Positions 31,284-44,200 are shown, numbered from the stretch's first letter. The stretch is DNA of 64,000 bases from Mayamaea pseudoterrestris (GCA_027923505.1 BROI01000013.1:434001-498000), one strand, 5' to 3'. Translations and numbers: made by a program. Notes: generated by a model from the letters alone, not told the origin.

Positions 31284-32853
31284 ATGAAATCAAACTTCTT
31301 GCTTTTACTATTGCTTTCCACTTCGCTCAAAATCTTCGACAGTATGCATGTGACTCGAACATCCGCATCGGCTACTCAGCCCAGAATCGCAATCATTGGT
31401 GGCGGAGCTGCAGGACTCGCGGCTGCCCGAGTGTTTTCGCGACAAGGGTTGAATCCTGTCGTTTTGGAAAAGGATCACGTCGTTGGAGGCGTTTGGCGAC
31501 GCGTTCCAGCATCCAAGTCGCGACCCATGTACCAAGGACTTCGAACGAACCTCCCGAAGGAAATCATGGCCTTTCGAGAGTTTCCATTCTCATCAACGAT
31601 AGATGCTAGCTTTGTGACTCATGAGCAAGTGCATACTTACTTGCAGGAATATGCAAAGCACTTTGACTTGGAGCAGTACATACACACCAATTGCCGCGTC
31701 GAACATGTGAGGGTCTTGCTGGAGCATGGAGCTTCTGGACTAGCCAATGGTCGCGACTGGAAGAAGATCCGAGTGGACTGGACAGTAACAAAGACGAATG
31801 ACAGCCCAACGGAATCATGCTCTGATGTCTTCGAAGCTCTCTGCATTGCCAACGGTCACTACGCCCTTCCTGCGATACCTCCACTCGAAGGCATGCATTA
31901 CTTCAAAGGACGTGTCCTTCATTCAATCGAGTATGATGTTCCGCAAGAATTTGCCGGTCAGTCTGTTCTTTGTGTTGGCGGCAGAGCGTCGGGGTCTGAC
32001 TTGGCCCGTGAGATTGCTATGCATGCCAAGCACGTTTACCTCTCAGATCCCAAAGCACCGTCAACGCCAGTCACTAAATATAATGTAACGTGGGTTCCAA
32101 AGACGACACACGTCCTCTCCGACGGAAGCGTTGGTTTCCAGGACTGCAACGAATCAGTTTCTTTCGACACGATCATCTTTTGCACTGGCTACGAATACCA
32201 ATTTCCATTCATCAATGCAGCGTCAAATCTGCCACTGACCTTGGGAGGACGCAGAGTCGCTCCGCTCTTTGAACAGCTTTGGCATGCCATGGAGCCGAAC
32301 GTTGCGTTTCTGGGTCTCCCGCACAGCGTCTTGCCATTCCCAATGTTCGAGTTGCAAGCGGAGGCGCTGTTGCATCAATGGCTAAAACAATGGACATTAC
32401 CAAACAAAGATGTAGTGCTGCGACTGGCAGAGGAAGCAGCGGTCAGTGGAGGAGAAGGCAAGGAAGGGGGGCGAGTACCAGAAGATACACATTACCTTGG
32501 TGATGCGCAGTGGGAATACTGTCGTCGTATGGCAAAGTATGCAGATATTTATGAGGATGGAATGGAAGACTACTTGATGACAAACAAGGTACGTGACTGG
32601 GGAATGCGAGACAATGTTGCCGAACCATGATGAGCACACTTGACAACGCTTCATAGGCAGCTCATGCCTTGTGCTGTCGCTTTACTAATAGACAATTTAC
32701 GATGACGCGGCAGCTGCTCGCGCTAACAAGTTCCCTGCTGGCCCTGACGTGTATCGTTTGCTTTGCTACGCGAGGCACAATGCCATGAGGTCCTTTCGGC
32801 GATGGAGCATTGCAAGGGAGGCTCTTGGTCGTTGTACCGTGCATCCTTCGTAG
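31284..32853 (+). CDS. Flavin-containing monooxygenase; exon 1 31284-32588, intron 32589-32691, last exon A 32692-32853
   Basis: IIGGGAAG, GGVW, MY..LRTNLPKEIM, FKGRVLHSIEY, VGGRASG.D, FCTGY; phase-0 GTACGT donor; exon A reads TIYDD...FPAGPDVYR. Confidence 0.9.
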
Positions 32854-32919
32854 CGAAAACTGTCATATCATATGACGATCGGTGCTAAACAGTGAAACCT
32901 GTTTCTTTATTGTTTACAG

Positions 32920-33024
32920 GAGGTTTGGTACCATTCTAGCGCTCAGCGAAAATGCGGTTTCCCTGCCGGCCCCGATGACTACCGAGAGACAAGGTATAGC
33001 AGAGACTGGAAAAGCAAACCTTAG
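32920..33024 (+). CDS. Duplicated alternative last exon B of the FMO gene
   Basis: GCTAAAC branch-like site, pyrimidine tract, TTTACAG acceptor, phase 0; reads EVWYHSSAQRKCGFPAGPDDYRETRYSRDWKSKP*. Confidence 0.65.
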   Translation, partial: EVWYHSSAQRKCGFPAGPDDYRETRYSRDWKSKP

Positions 33025-33938
33025 TAAGTCGTCTTCTCTCAACTCTCTTGATGAAGAAAAGGCTTCGTTCATTTCGGAAGGTATTTGCTGAATAGGTGAT
33101 TGACGTCTGATGTCTGACGTCCATCTGGCGATGGAAGATGGGAAGAGCAGGTCTTAACTCTTAACTAACCTTGTCGTGAATATTACGATTTTAGAACTCC
33201 AAGTCAATCACCCCACCACTTCGCATTGAAGTATGTTTCATTGCGTATCAGTTATAGCGCTTTTGCCATCTCGGTAGTAGGCAAGAAGCAAAACCTTCTC
33301 TCCCCTCTCCTCTCTGCCTCTCTTGCTCCTTGCTCGCTTGCGTTTACGCGAGCTGGTACTGGTGAAAGCAGCCAGCGCACATCGTCTTCTTCCCTGTAAA
33401 GTTCTTCAGGAGCGACTAGAGACACGACACAACTTCTACAAGAGACGATGATGTACGGCACTGAAATTTCGGCACTCGCTAGTCGCTGGCGCGGAAAATT
33501 GATCCGACTGGTTGCCAAATTGTGATTGGGTACGTGACCACTCATCAAAGCCACCTGGCTTGGAGATACGAATTGTATCTAACTAGAAACCAAGGAACGC
33601 TGGACGCGCGTTTGAACATTTTTGATATCTCATAGTTTTCCGTGCGTTGAGTCGTAAGAAACCGAGCAAAACCAGCATCAGATCGAGCCGGCCGGGTCAT
33701 TTTTTAAATAGCTCTTGTAGCGTTCGCGCACCAATTTTGTCAAGGACGACCATAACTTTTCGTCGGCAGACAAGATCCGATAGAGAGCCGTCTCTAAAAT
33801 CATTCCATCACACAATTGAGGCGAAGAAAAGTCATCTACAAGGACTCTTTCTTGTTAGTTTGCTATCAAGAACGCTTACCAAGCACTGTACTGTAGCGAG
33901 AGAAGATCACTGGGCGGCGACTCTCCCATCAATAAAGA

Positions 33939-35624
33939 ATGATGTCTGCGGAAGCTGCTGCCAATCAAGCGAGAGAGCGCTGGTCAGATGAACCTATCTT
34001 AGCGAGCACCGATGGCTTTCTTCCGCCCGCCGAACCCCCTACGATGACAGAGTTGCCACCTCTGGGCCATGATGACGGTGAGAACGGCGACGACGCCAAA
34101 GATGTCTCTCAACCCGAAACCAGCAACAAACGGAAACTATCCGAGCAAGAACCCGAGTCTCAAGGAAATGACAATGATGACGATAACGAGAATGTCCAAG
34201 TGTATGCGAAGAAGGAGCGTGCCTACTACGACGAGACCGAAAGCAGTTCTCCCGGTCCGTACCCAAAGCATGTCCTTGTTCCGGCAGCGGATCATACCAA
34301 GGAAGACTTGATTGAGCCTCTTGACCATCATCATCACCATCATATTCAGCCAGCCGCCTTCTCTCCACCTGAGAAAATGGGTCAGAATGTGCTCACTCCT
34401 GACAGTGGGGGTCGCAGCAGAGGGGACTCAGGCTACCGCGGTGAATGGGGAGCTGAAGCTCCTCCCATTTACCCAAGGCACCAGCCGTATCATCATGACG
34501 TGTATCGAGCTCCTTCATACAATCCTGACATGGAGTACGGTCGTCCGGTAAACAATTATGGGGGTCATCCGCATCAACAGCAGTATGGCCGTGCCCCGGA
34601 AGTTCGAGGCGAAAGCCGCCCGCCTCGTCGTTGGGCCTGTGACTACTGCAACGTTGCCACGTTTCTGAGCTACGAAGAAGCGTGCGCGCACGAAGAAGAC
34701 TGTGCTCGGCGTCATCATGATCCGTATGGTCGCCCGCCGCCGCGACCGCCAGTGGAGAGCTACCATCGCCCGCCGCCTCCCACTCATCATTCTGGCGGAC
34801 TAGGTGCGCTGTATCATGCAACACAAGAGGTAGTCACCCCACCGACGCCACACCTTAACCAGCACAGTCCATGGAACACCCGAGGGCCACCACTCCCTGT
34901 GCTTCCTCACGAGCAGAACTATTACGCTCACGGAGGATACTACGAGCGACATGATGAGCCCATTGCCTTCCACCACGAGTATCCCTCGTATCCCCCGGCG
35001 CCCCACGGACACGGTCATCACAATGGACCATCATTCTACCAGAAGCGCATGCTGCTGGCTTTGGCTACTGACAAAGAGTCGCTCTCGGATCGCCAGTGCT
35101 ACGTGCGCTCCGAAATGGTCGAAATCTTTGCTGCAAGCGACAAGGAGGTCGCTGCGCGTCATTCAAAGGGAGCGCAAAAGCTTGTCATTGGCCAAGTTGG
35201 AATAAGGTAAGTCTTCTCAACTTTGCCTCCATTCATATTATGAGACTGTCTTTTCTCATTCTTCTTTTCTTCTCTCCGTAGATGCGTTCATTGCAGTCAC
35301 CTTCGCCCACGCGACCGAGCCGAGCGAGCGGTCTGTTACCCATCGTCGATCAGTCGCATCTATCAGACAGTTGCAGACATGCAGCGCTTCCATTTTGAGC
35401 AGTGTCGCGAAATTCCCGAGCATGTCCGCCAATATTACCGAAAGCTCAAGACAACTCGCCCCCGTGGAGTGGGCTCTCCCCAAACGTACTGGGTGTCCAG
35501 CGCCCAGCTGATGGGATTAGTCGATACTGAAGGCGGCATTCGATTCGATACAGAGGCTTCCAAGGAACAAGCGGCACAATACAGCCAAAACCCTCCGGCA
35601 GCCTTGTCAATTAGCACCCCCTAG
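33939..35624 (+). CDS. Diatom-type Cys/His putative Zn-binding regulatory protein; intron 35207-35281
   Basis: WACDYCNVATFLSYEEACAHEEDC finger; LSDRQCYVR...GQVGIR|CVHC...AVCYPSSISRIYQTVADMQRFHFEQC; GTAAGT...CCGTAG intron joins the frames. Confidence 0.85.
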
Positions 35625-36123
35625 AATTTCACATCCGGATATAATGTGCCGGTTGAAATGTATGTAAATTGTCTTCATACTCAGATTATCCTACTATTTA
35701 AACGAAACGATTATTATTATCGGCGATGTGTTGACTATTACTAGTAATGTTTTCGATAGCTGTTTGCGTCTTATTATCGTTAGCTACAGTTTTAAGTTGA
35801 GCGAACGCGCAAACTCGACGCGCCGCAGTATCTCGACTAAAGTGCACCTTTGCACTTTATCCCCTTCAACCTAGCATACACTTTTTGAATGGAGCAAAGG
35901 CATTTTCCTTCATAAGTAATAACTGCAAAAGGCGAGTCCGGCAAACAAAAGCTTACTAATAACTATCAATGTGATCCACTCACAGCTCGATAGCTGAAAC
36001 AACGCCCTGAATTTTGAATCTCCTGAAAAGTAAAATAGCTAACACGCCCAGCATAAACATAAATCCCAATCTTCCTTCAATCACTCTCGCCATAATAAAC
36101 GTTCGTATCTCTAATCAGATGGT

Positions 36124-36402
36124 TTACTCCTCCTTGGTCTCCGCCTCGCCAGCATCAGCATCGGCAGGAGCAGGAGGAGCAGCAGCAACTTCTTCCTGCT
36201 CAGCTGGAGCAGCAGCGGCAGCTTCCTTGGTCTTCTTGCCCTTGGCTGCCTTGGCAGCCTTGGGAGCGGCAGCAGCCTTTTCCTTCGCTGGAGCTGCGGC
36301 AGCCTTCTTGGCCTTGGGAGCGGCAGCTGCTTTCTTAGGAGCCGCCTTCTTGAGTGGACTGGGAGCAGGAAGTCCGGCAGCGGCACGACGAGTCTGAACC
36401 AT
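36124..36402 (-). CDS. Small (92 aa) Lys/Ala/Pro-rich protein with acidic tail, resembling a histone H1 tail or HMGN
   Basis: MVQTRR...SPLKKAAPKKAAAAPKAKK...EAETKEE; strong AAG/GCT/GCC codon bias; AAC-ATG start context. Confidence 0.7.
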   Translation of the reverse strand: MVQTRRAAAGLPAPSPLKKAAPKKAAAAPKAKKAAAAPAKEKAAAAPKAAKAAKGKKTKEAAAAAPAEQEEVAAAPPAPADADAGEAETKEE

Positions 36403-36746
36403 GTTGCAAAAGTAGAGAGTAGTGATGAGCGAAAGAGTGCTGAAAAGGGTGTGGTCTACTACAGCAGGCAGCAGACGGATCCAGTCGAATGTCAGTCGAG
36501 GTGTTCTGATGATTGCCGATCCAACGCGTGCAGCGCCGCGCGTCTTTGCTGTGTCCGCTTGGCAGCTGGCTCGGGATTCCGTTTCCGCGCCAAAAATATC
36601 CCGAATGCTAAGTGGGTTGAGTCTTGTCATTGGAGCGCGTTGCGGTAATATTTCAAGCCGAAACGGAACGCTCCAAGTTTAGGTTGGTCGTGTGTTAGGA
36701 GCAAGATAGTACTGCTAATAATAGCGATCGCACAACAACTAATGCA

Positions 36747-37004
36747 ATGATTGCCTCCCGGTTCCCAAATGCTATCGAAAGCGCTTCGTCGAGCATCGCG
36801 ACATCCTCGAGCCACGTGAATTTGCAGTCATCTTTGATGCATGAACCAACTGAAGCAACGGGCAAAGCCACCACGACCGATAGTCTCTTTGAAAAGCTCA
36901 GGAAGCTTGAATCGCAGTGGGCAACACAGCGCGTTATATTTGCCGATGACCAGAGAAGTGCAACATCGTCATTGTCTGATAGCGACGATAATTACGCATC
37001 GTAA
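36747..37004 (+). CDS. Possible small hypothetical protein
   Basis: ATG-started 85-aa ORF with protein-like C-terminus (SLFEKLRKLESQW...); no recognised family. Confidence 0.25.
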   Translation: MIASRFPNAIESASSSIATSSSHVNLQSSLMHEPTEATGKATTTDSLFEKLRKLESQWATQRVIFADDQRSATSSLSDSDDNYAS

Positions 37005-37783
37005 TGACGACGGCGCGATGTCTAAGGTTTAAAGCCGATTGCCAAACCAACACTGTCAGTGTCGAATTATGGACGATGTAAAAGAAAGCCTAATACGTTG
37101 ATGCAGTCCAAACAAAGTAAAGACCAAAATAAATAAACTGGTTCGCAATAACTTGACATCTATACTTCTTGTGTGTGCACCCTCTTTGTGTTTGTATAAT
37201 CTCTTCAGATGTTAGATGAGCACAGAGCGAAGAGCGCGAACGAAAAAACTTTTCACAGGAACATGACCATGAGCTTTCAACCACGCAAAAACGTATCAGT
37301 AGCAATTGATCAGCGTTCGCACTGATTGCCCGATAAAGGGATGATCTGCCGCTCCAAATTTGACGCAATAGATCAGGGAAGCAAGCTTGTCCCTGCAGGA
37401 CGAGTGAGTAAATGACAACAAAATATTGCGCGAAAACAAACGTATCAATTTCACGCGTTTGTGGATTTGAGCCACGTGAGTAGCAAAACTGGCTTTCCTG
37501 CATATTAAGTGGCGGAGTAGTGCCCATTACTCGTCGCGCGCATAGACACTGATCAAAGTCAACCATGTAGATTTAGCTTGGACTGGTTCAAAACATGTTT
37601 ACAGTCCATGCGATTATCCTCTAACTGCGAACTTTACGTCGGGAACATGTTAAGTTCAGTTCATCACGTTTCATACTGATAGTTAGATTCGGTCACGCAT
37701 GTCGCTTCGGTTCTGTCCTTCCGGATCGAAAATGGAAACTCGCACGCAACGACCACTCTTTCCAAGTCAAAACGTGTGCTACC

Positions 37784-38371
37784 ATGTCGGCAATTGCCAC
37801 TCTTCGAGCTGTATGCAATTCAAACAGAGGCATCTTGAGTCAGAAGATGGAATTGATCGATGCGCTAGTTAACAAATTTGGTCAGGAGCAAGCCACGACC
37901 GTCTACAACCGTCAGTGCACCGTCGTCAAAGCTTCCATTGGACAGCATGTGCGCCACAGTCTCGACCATATAGATCGAGCTGTCTCTGCTGCAAGGATTG
38001 ATAGTGCTTCGAAATTGATTCGTTATGATTTACGCCATCGAGGTGGTGTAGATGAGTCGGACTTGCGAGCTGCAAAGGACCGCATCGAAGGCGTCGACAT
38101 GGCATTACAAGAGATCATGATGGAAGACTTTGGGGAACAGCGTATCCCTGTTTTTGACCCGGTCGATGCTTGTTTCATGCTCTCTGGGGATGATGCTACC
38201 GAATTTATTTTGCCGAGCTCGGTGGCGCGAGAATTGGCCTTTGCCGCGCACCATGCCATTCACCACTTGGCTTTGTTGCGAATTATTTCCGAAACAGACG
38301 CAGTACGACTAGAATTGCCTCCGGACTTTGGAAAGGCACCAAGCACTCTCAACTTTGTAAAGGACCAGTAG
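37784..38371 (+). CDS. DinB/YfiT-like protein
   Basis: ASIGQHVRHSLDH, YDLRHR, RELAFAAHHAIHH, FGKAPST. Confidence 0.85.
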   Translation: MSAIATLRAVCNSNRGILSQKMELIDALVNKFGQEQATTVYNRQCTVVKASIGQHVRHSLDHIDRAVSAARIDSASKLIRYDLRHRGGVDESDLRAAKDRIEGVDMALQEIMMEDFGEQRIPVFDPVDACFMLSGDDATEFILPSSVARELAFAAHHAIHHLALLRIISETDAVRLELPPDFGKAPSTLNFVKDQ

Positions 38372-39199
38372 ATGTGTGCGAGCGCTGTTGCTGTCGGTAA
38401 ATGAAGAGATACAAATACTTTACACGTGGCTCATGCGCACATTTCCACGACTTGCTTCGTGTAAGGCCGTAGAATGACCGGATTGTGACTAACAAACATC
38501 TGTGAAAAAATTTTGTTTGAAGTATTGAGACGAGCCATGTTATCAAATGTTAATGTGGGCATCGTGTGGCATAACGCAACACGGAGTAACTCTCCGCGAC
38601 GTCAACACTCTCCGACCAGCGTCATGCGCATGCCTTGAACCAGCATTCTCGATGCAAAGAGTATCATTGTTGCAGCATGAACCTATGCATACGCACAATT
38701 TGAAGGTGATTCATCGCTATTGCGCGAAGGTTACTCGGAGCCATTAGCGAACCAGAATGACAACCGGCAGTGAAACAATTGTTAATAGCGGCGAGTGTCG
38801 ACCGTACTGCGATATGCAGCAGAACGGACCACGAGAAGTATGTACAGTTAAAGCTGATCCATTGTTTCCATACGTGACGACGAAGGAGTTTCGAACAATT
38901 TCACTTGATTCACAAATAACTTGCCACCCCATCTTTGGCCATAGCAATGCTCCTTGCGACGAACGCGGCTGCTCCGAGGATGAAGGTGGTCGCTACAGCA
39001 CAGGAGACGGAACAGATATGCTGATTCAAATGCACCCATGGCATGTCCGTGCAAAGGCGTCGTCTAGAACTCGCGGAACTGGGTATGAAACTGGACGAGA
39101 AGACAATGAGACGAGGGACCCACCAATTTAGAGGAAAAATGATCGATGAATTATGAGCAACGGCTGTACTATTGTTTCATTGTATTGATATCAGACTAT

Positions 39200-40846
39200 T
39201 TATAATTCGACATTTACGCGTAGTTTCGGTTGTATGCGTAGCAATGGAGGCCGGACTCCACCAAACTGTGCTATAACTTGTGGATCGTCCGCATCGTTGT
39301 GAACACCAAACGTAATACTATTGCCACCTGGTAGATTGTATCCGGCATAGCCTTGCAATGACCCAAATCCATCAGGGCGAACGACCGCTACTACGTCAAG
39401 ACCAAAGTCAATGGCGCGCGTTGAAGGTTTTCGTTCCCGGTTGACAACTTTGCTGACTTGCTGCGTTCGCTTAATTTTTGCTTGGGGGCTGTCGGGAAAT
39501 GATGTCATTACGTCGTTCAGCCTCGCGGACATCTCTCGCACAGCTTTCTCCTTAGTAAGTCCCAAAACTGGTACCTGCAAGTCTTCCGCTATACTTTCGA
39601 ATTGATAACTCTCTGTGCGCATAGCTGCAGCGTTAGTATCCATGGCGGATTCGCTGGGCTCGTTGACGGTTCGCAGTAGCTGCTTCTCCAGACGTTTAAT
39701 GGTGGCCTTTTCGAGGTTGCTGATCTGGGAACCATAGAGTTCTTCCACTGCCGAGTCAAGTAGCGACTGAAGCTGCGATCTCATCTCAAGTCGATATGCC
39801 GAAACAAGGGGCAAGCCCGCTGCAGGCAATGTTTCGGCGTCAAACGAACCCAACACGCGCTTACGCAAACCTTCCGCTTCTTTGCCAAACCCATCGACCC
39901 AAAGACCTCGGGCAACGCGAGACTTCCAGGAAGCAATGCGAGCTCTTGCAACACGTGACTGCTTTTGATACGCATTGCCTACTTGCACAAAGGCTTGGGC
40001 AATGTGAGGAGTGTCCAAGGCCAAGGCGGCGACGCCAGATTCCCGTACTTGCGACAATTTTTGGTTTAACATCGATCCAATCGCCTCAGACGATCTCTCA
40101 GACGACCGAGCAGCCTCGGTAGCAAGAGATAGAATCTGATAAAGCAAATAGGTTTTAAAAGGAAGGGATGAGATGACAAACGGTGTAGCCGTTCTCTGCT
40201 GTCGACGCGATGCATGACGTACCGAGTCTGCGTCTCCAGCGGAAGCGACAGAGCGTATCTGTAGGTCGTAAGCATCTTCAAAGGACAAAGATCCCTTCTT
40301 TTCGACTGCGGAAGCTTTGTATAATGCTTTAACATCTCTTTCAACCGACTCGGCAACCTTATCCTTGTCACCATCGGCGACTTCCACCAACCCAATAATC
40401 AACGTTTGCTTGCTTTCGTCAGACTCAGTCAACTTAATTCTGGATCTAAACAGAGCAGTCAACGTACGAGCATGTCTGGAATTCTGAAGCCCAGCTTCGA
40501 CGTCTCCCATGGTTACACCGTCAACAAGAAGGGCGCCAGAAACCAAACTGCAAAGTGCTAGGGACGTGCGATCATCCTGCGAGGTGCCGCCAAGAGTAGA
40601 TCCGCGACAGTATAAAACAATTCCAGAGGCAGTTTCTTCCGCGGAAAGCACCGAGCTTACTTCCGATTCGTCGTTATTTAGCGCAGAAGGAGTTCCTGGG
40701 CTGGAAATGACAGTAACGATGCTAGTCGTTTGAGACGGCAGGGCTCCGACGTTTTGAAGACCAGCCGCCACTGTATCTATCAACGAGATACGTGCTAACG
40801 ACGGCTGTACACAGAGCAGTGCTAGCAGCAGAGTAGAGACATTCAT
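39200..40846 (-). CDS. Signal-peptide protein with degenerate RHD3/Sey1-like region and beta-rich C-terminus; in-frame 87-nt intron 40136-40222
   Basis: MNVSTLLLALLCVQPSLA signal; minus-strand GTACGT...TATCAG intron; helical middle; C-terminal alternating strands ending PKLRVNVEL. Confidence 0.7.
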   Translation of the reverse strand: MNVSTLLLALLCVQPSLARISLIDTVAAGLQNVGALPSQTTSIVTVISSPGTPSALNNDESEVSSVLSAEETASGIVLYCRGSTLGGTSQDDRTSLALCSLVSGALLVDGVTMGDVEAGLQNSRHARTLTALFRSRIKLTESDESKQTLIIGLVEVADGDKDKVAESVERDVKALYKASAVEKKGSLSFEDAYDLQIRSVASAGDADSVRHASRRQQRTATPFVISSLPFKTYLLYQILSLATEAARSSERSSEAIGSMLNQKLSQVRESGVAALALDTPHIAQAFVQVGNAYQKQSRVARARIASWKSRVARGLWVDGFGKEAEGLRKRVLGSFDAETLPAAGLPLVSAYRLEMRSQLQSLLDSAVEELYGSQISNLEKATIKRLEKQLLRTVNEPSESAMDTNAAAMRTESYQFESIAEDLQVPVLGLTKEKAVREMSARLNDVMTSFPDSPQAKIKRTQQVSKVVNRERKPSTRAIDFGLDVVAVVRPDGFGSLQGYAGYNLPGGNSITFGVHNDADDPQVIAQFGGVRPPLLRIQPKLRVNVEL

Positions 40847-41250
40847 TATTCCTGTCGTCTGCAATTGTATTTAACTCGGATATGCGAGCGACGCAATCCT
40901 TCCAATTGATGGCCATGGTCGCGTGCGTCGTGGAGAAGTTGCGCGCAAAGTGGACTCTAAGCATGTAAGTACATTGTGATAACACTAAAGTCAATAGTAA
41001 GTTTTCGTTTCTCGAATAGGTTCGGGACAATAAATATTGCTGACGTATTTGTGACGGAAACACTTAGGATCCGAAACCTTGCGACCATCATGAAGTCGTC
41101 GCGGCGCTGCAGCTTATGACGCAACGAGAGACCCTTGTCATTCACAGCATTGTCGTGCTCAAAACAATCCGAAACCAAAAACGGCCATCAACAATAGATC
41201 TTCATGTCTAGTACTACTAAAAGAGTTTGATTTTTGTCAATTCTCGTGCG

Positions 41251-44200
41251 ATGGCTGGCCCATCACGGAACAAGAGAAAGAGGACGGAGGCGCCCGCCGG
41301 CGACGCGCTCGAGAGGGGACGCGGTGCGATAGGTTCTGAGCCTATGCCCAAGGTGGCACGGACAGACAACACAAAAACTAATCTACCAGTTGAAACTTTA
41401 GGTTCAGTTACCGATGATCCAACAGTTCCTGATGACAAAGAGACTGTTTTGCAAATTCAAAACAATTTACACGACGGGAATGATCATGCGGAGGCTGAAG
41501 AACCAACACTGTCATTGGTAGAGCAGAATATAATCGAGACTGGAGCTACAGTGCCAAATACGCGGCATAGTGAGGAGTCGGGCGCCACATCCTCAATAAA
41601 CGATGAGGGCGTTTTTTCCGAGTTTATATCTCCGGTGAGGAAAACCTCCATACAAGATGTATTAGATCATCGAAAGCTTCTACTTTGCCGCTTGCGCCAG
41701 GCAAAATCTTCGACTCAAAAGCGAAAAATGCTCATTTTTCAAAGCCAACCGTCGAAAATACAAGAGACGGACACGCAAGAGATGGCGGAATATCACGAGA
41801 TGGCTCGTGTTGCCACTGCAATAGCAAGGAAGCAGACTAAAACTGAAGTTGCTGCTCCGAGCGAGCAAAAGCGAAACGCTTTACGTAGGGGGAGTGGCGT
41901 TGGCAAAAAGATGAATGCTGCTATATCGTCCTTAATGTCCGGCTCAACGGCGACCGAAACGCCACACAGCACGTCCGCAAGCCACCCTGTAACAACAATT
42001 CCGGTTGCAGCCGCCTCTGTCGCTCTTCCTGGCCAAGTGATGGAACCGAGTGGAGCGCTGGCTGACGCTGACAAATATCCATCTGCACCAGTGCCGCTAA
42101 ACAGTAAACGCACCGGAGCTTCACAGAGTGATAAGTCGCCACTTCGACCCGCATCAACCGCGTCAGGCTCGTCTCGGCCCAGCATGTATTGCCCGGAAAC
42201 TACAAACTTGCGCGACAGAAAGAAACTTTTAGAGCGACGACTGTCGTCTAAAATTTTAGAAAGGCATCAACGAATTCAAATTACTAAAAAGAAAGTTGAA
42301 GGTAATTTGGACTCGCTTTCGCTCTCCTCGCAGTTGACGCCTTCTCGGAAAGGAGAATTGCTATCAAAATCTTTGATTGCTACAGCAGTACGCGGCCCAA
42401 GACTAGCGACACATTTGCCTTGCCGACGCGTCACTCACTGGGATAGCGTGCTTGACGAAATGAAATGGCTTGCGACCGACTTTATTGAGGAACGTGAATG
42501 GAAACGATGCGCATCAATGTGTTTAAGTGAGTCGCTGGTCGTTGAGCGTCAAAATGCGATCGGGCGCACCTCAAGCGAGGCCGCAGGTAGGCCTGTCACG
42601 GCGGAAAAGCCGGTGGCGAATTTGTTGTCAACAAACTCTATTTCAGTAAGCTGCATGATAGACGATGCTGTCTCTGATGATTTGAAATCCACTATATACT
42701 ACGACGAAACCGCACTTGACTGTTCTGCAGGACGAGGTGTCGCTAAAGTACTCTCTGGTATGGTCGTCAAGTTGGCTTCCGTCGTGCCGAGGTATCCGAA
42801 ACCCGTGGCTGAATACATTCGAAACAGCGATTCTCAACGAAATACGTCTGACTGCCCTTCAAATCTAGCGCTTGGCGGAGCTTCCGATCCAACAATTTTA
42901 CCGTCTCCCACCACGCCCACTGCTCATGTTGGCAAGTCGGCGATGTTCGAAAAGATGTCGCACATGGTTGATAATATTACGTCAGACGTCACCAAATCTA
43001 GAGTGAAGAGTAATCTGTTACAGCTTGACCGACTACCCATTACACTTTCGCAGGCGCAGCTGGAAACCTTGGAAGCTATAGAAACCCAATGGAGAACAAC
43101 CCGATGCGGTGTTCAGCTGGGTGGGCCAACATCCTCTGGAAAGACTGTGCTGGTTAGTACCATTATTGGCATGAATAAATCATTTGGGCCTCAACTGATT
43201 CTCTGCAATGCCTCGAGCATGGTACGTACCCGTTGTTCTCGATCCGCCGACATTTTTGGGTCTCGCTAATTTGCTGTTCTTACGAACAGATAAGATGGAT
43301 GCATGAGATTAAACGGTTGACGGATGTCCGCATTCAATCTGTTGGAGGCTCGCCAAGATCTTTATCTCGAGAAGAATTTAACCCCAATGATGTTGTTGTC
43401 GGTGATTTCGCGCTGCTTTCGAAGCTGTCGGATGAGACTTTGGCGACATTTTACTCCATTGTCATCGATTTGCGATTTCCATGTGGCTATGGCGCTGCAA
43501 AATTGAGAAATCATGCGAATTGGGGAGGCGCATCTGGGCAGCTAAGCACCTATAGCGGCGTACATCCACCAGCAGAGCTTATTTCGACGCGCTGGTGGAC
43601 TCGATTGGCCAACGTTACTTGCCATAATCGCATGTTAATCGACTACCCCGTCCCTTGCATGTCACATAACTACATCAACGCAGAAGTGAAGAATCGGCAG
43701 ACGGCAGAAATACTTGCGTTGCGTACTATGTTCATTCTTGGGTTAGCTGAGCTTCAACTACCAGGCTATTCAATGGCGAAGTCTGTGCTTGCTTGGGCTC
43801 GATGGCGAGTAAGGAATTTGGATGGCGTTGTACCTAACTTAAATCGAGTCTGGACACACTTGTCGGACTTGTTAAATTTGCTATGGTGTAATATCCAGAA
43901 CGGGTCGGGTGAGCGCTTAGAGAAGGATTGGGATGTCCGCTTATGCGCTTTGACCGGAGTGCAACGGGTAGCGTACGATCGTGGATGTCATGAACTTCGG
44001 ACTATTTTGTCTTTGTCAACAAAATTGGTTACAAGCGAAAGTTTGCCACAAAATGACTCGTTCGCACCATTATCGGAAGCTCTACTCCATTTGCGCCGAC
44101 TATGCGTGTTCGCGGATATTTCTAATATCTTGGATGGTGGTTGCTCGCTGAGCTTGCATGGAAGTCCGTCGCAACCTGATATCGAGCTTGCCGCTCGAAT

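Noticed and set aside
38757..39131. 124-aa ORF, plus similar intergenic ORFs at 37090-37566, 48452-48937 and 56763-57652
   Set aside because: No recognisable motifs or coding-like composition; no tRNA or rRNA signatures noticed in these gaps either
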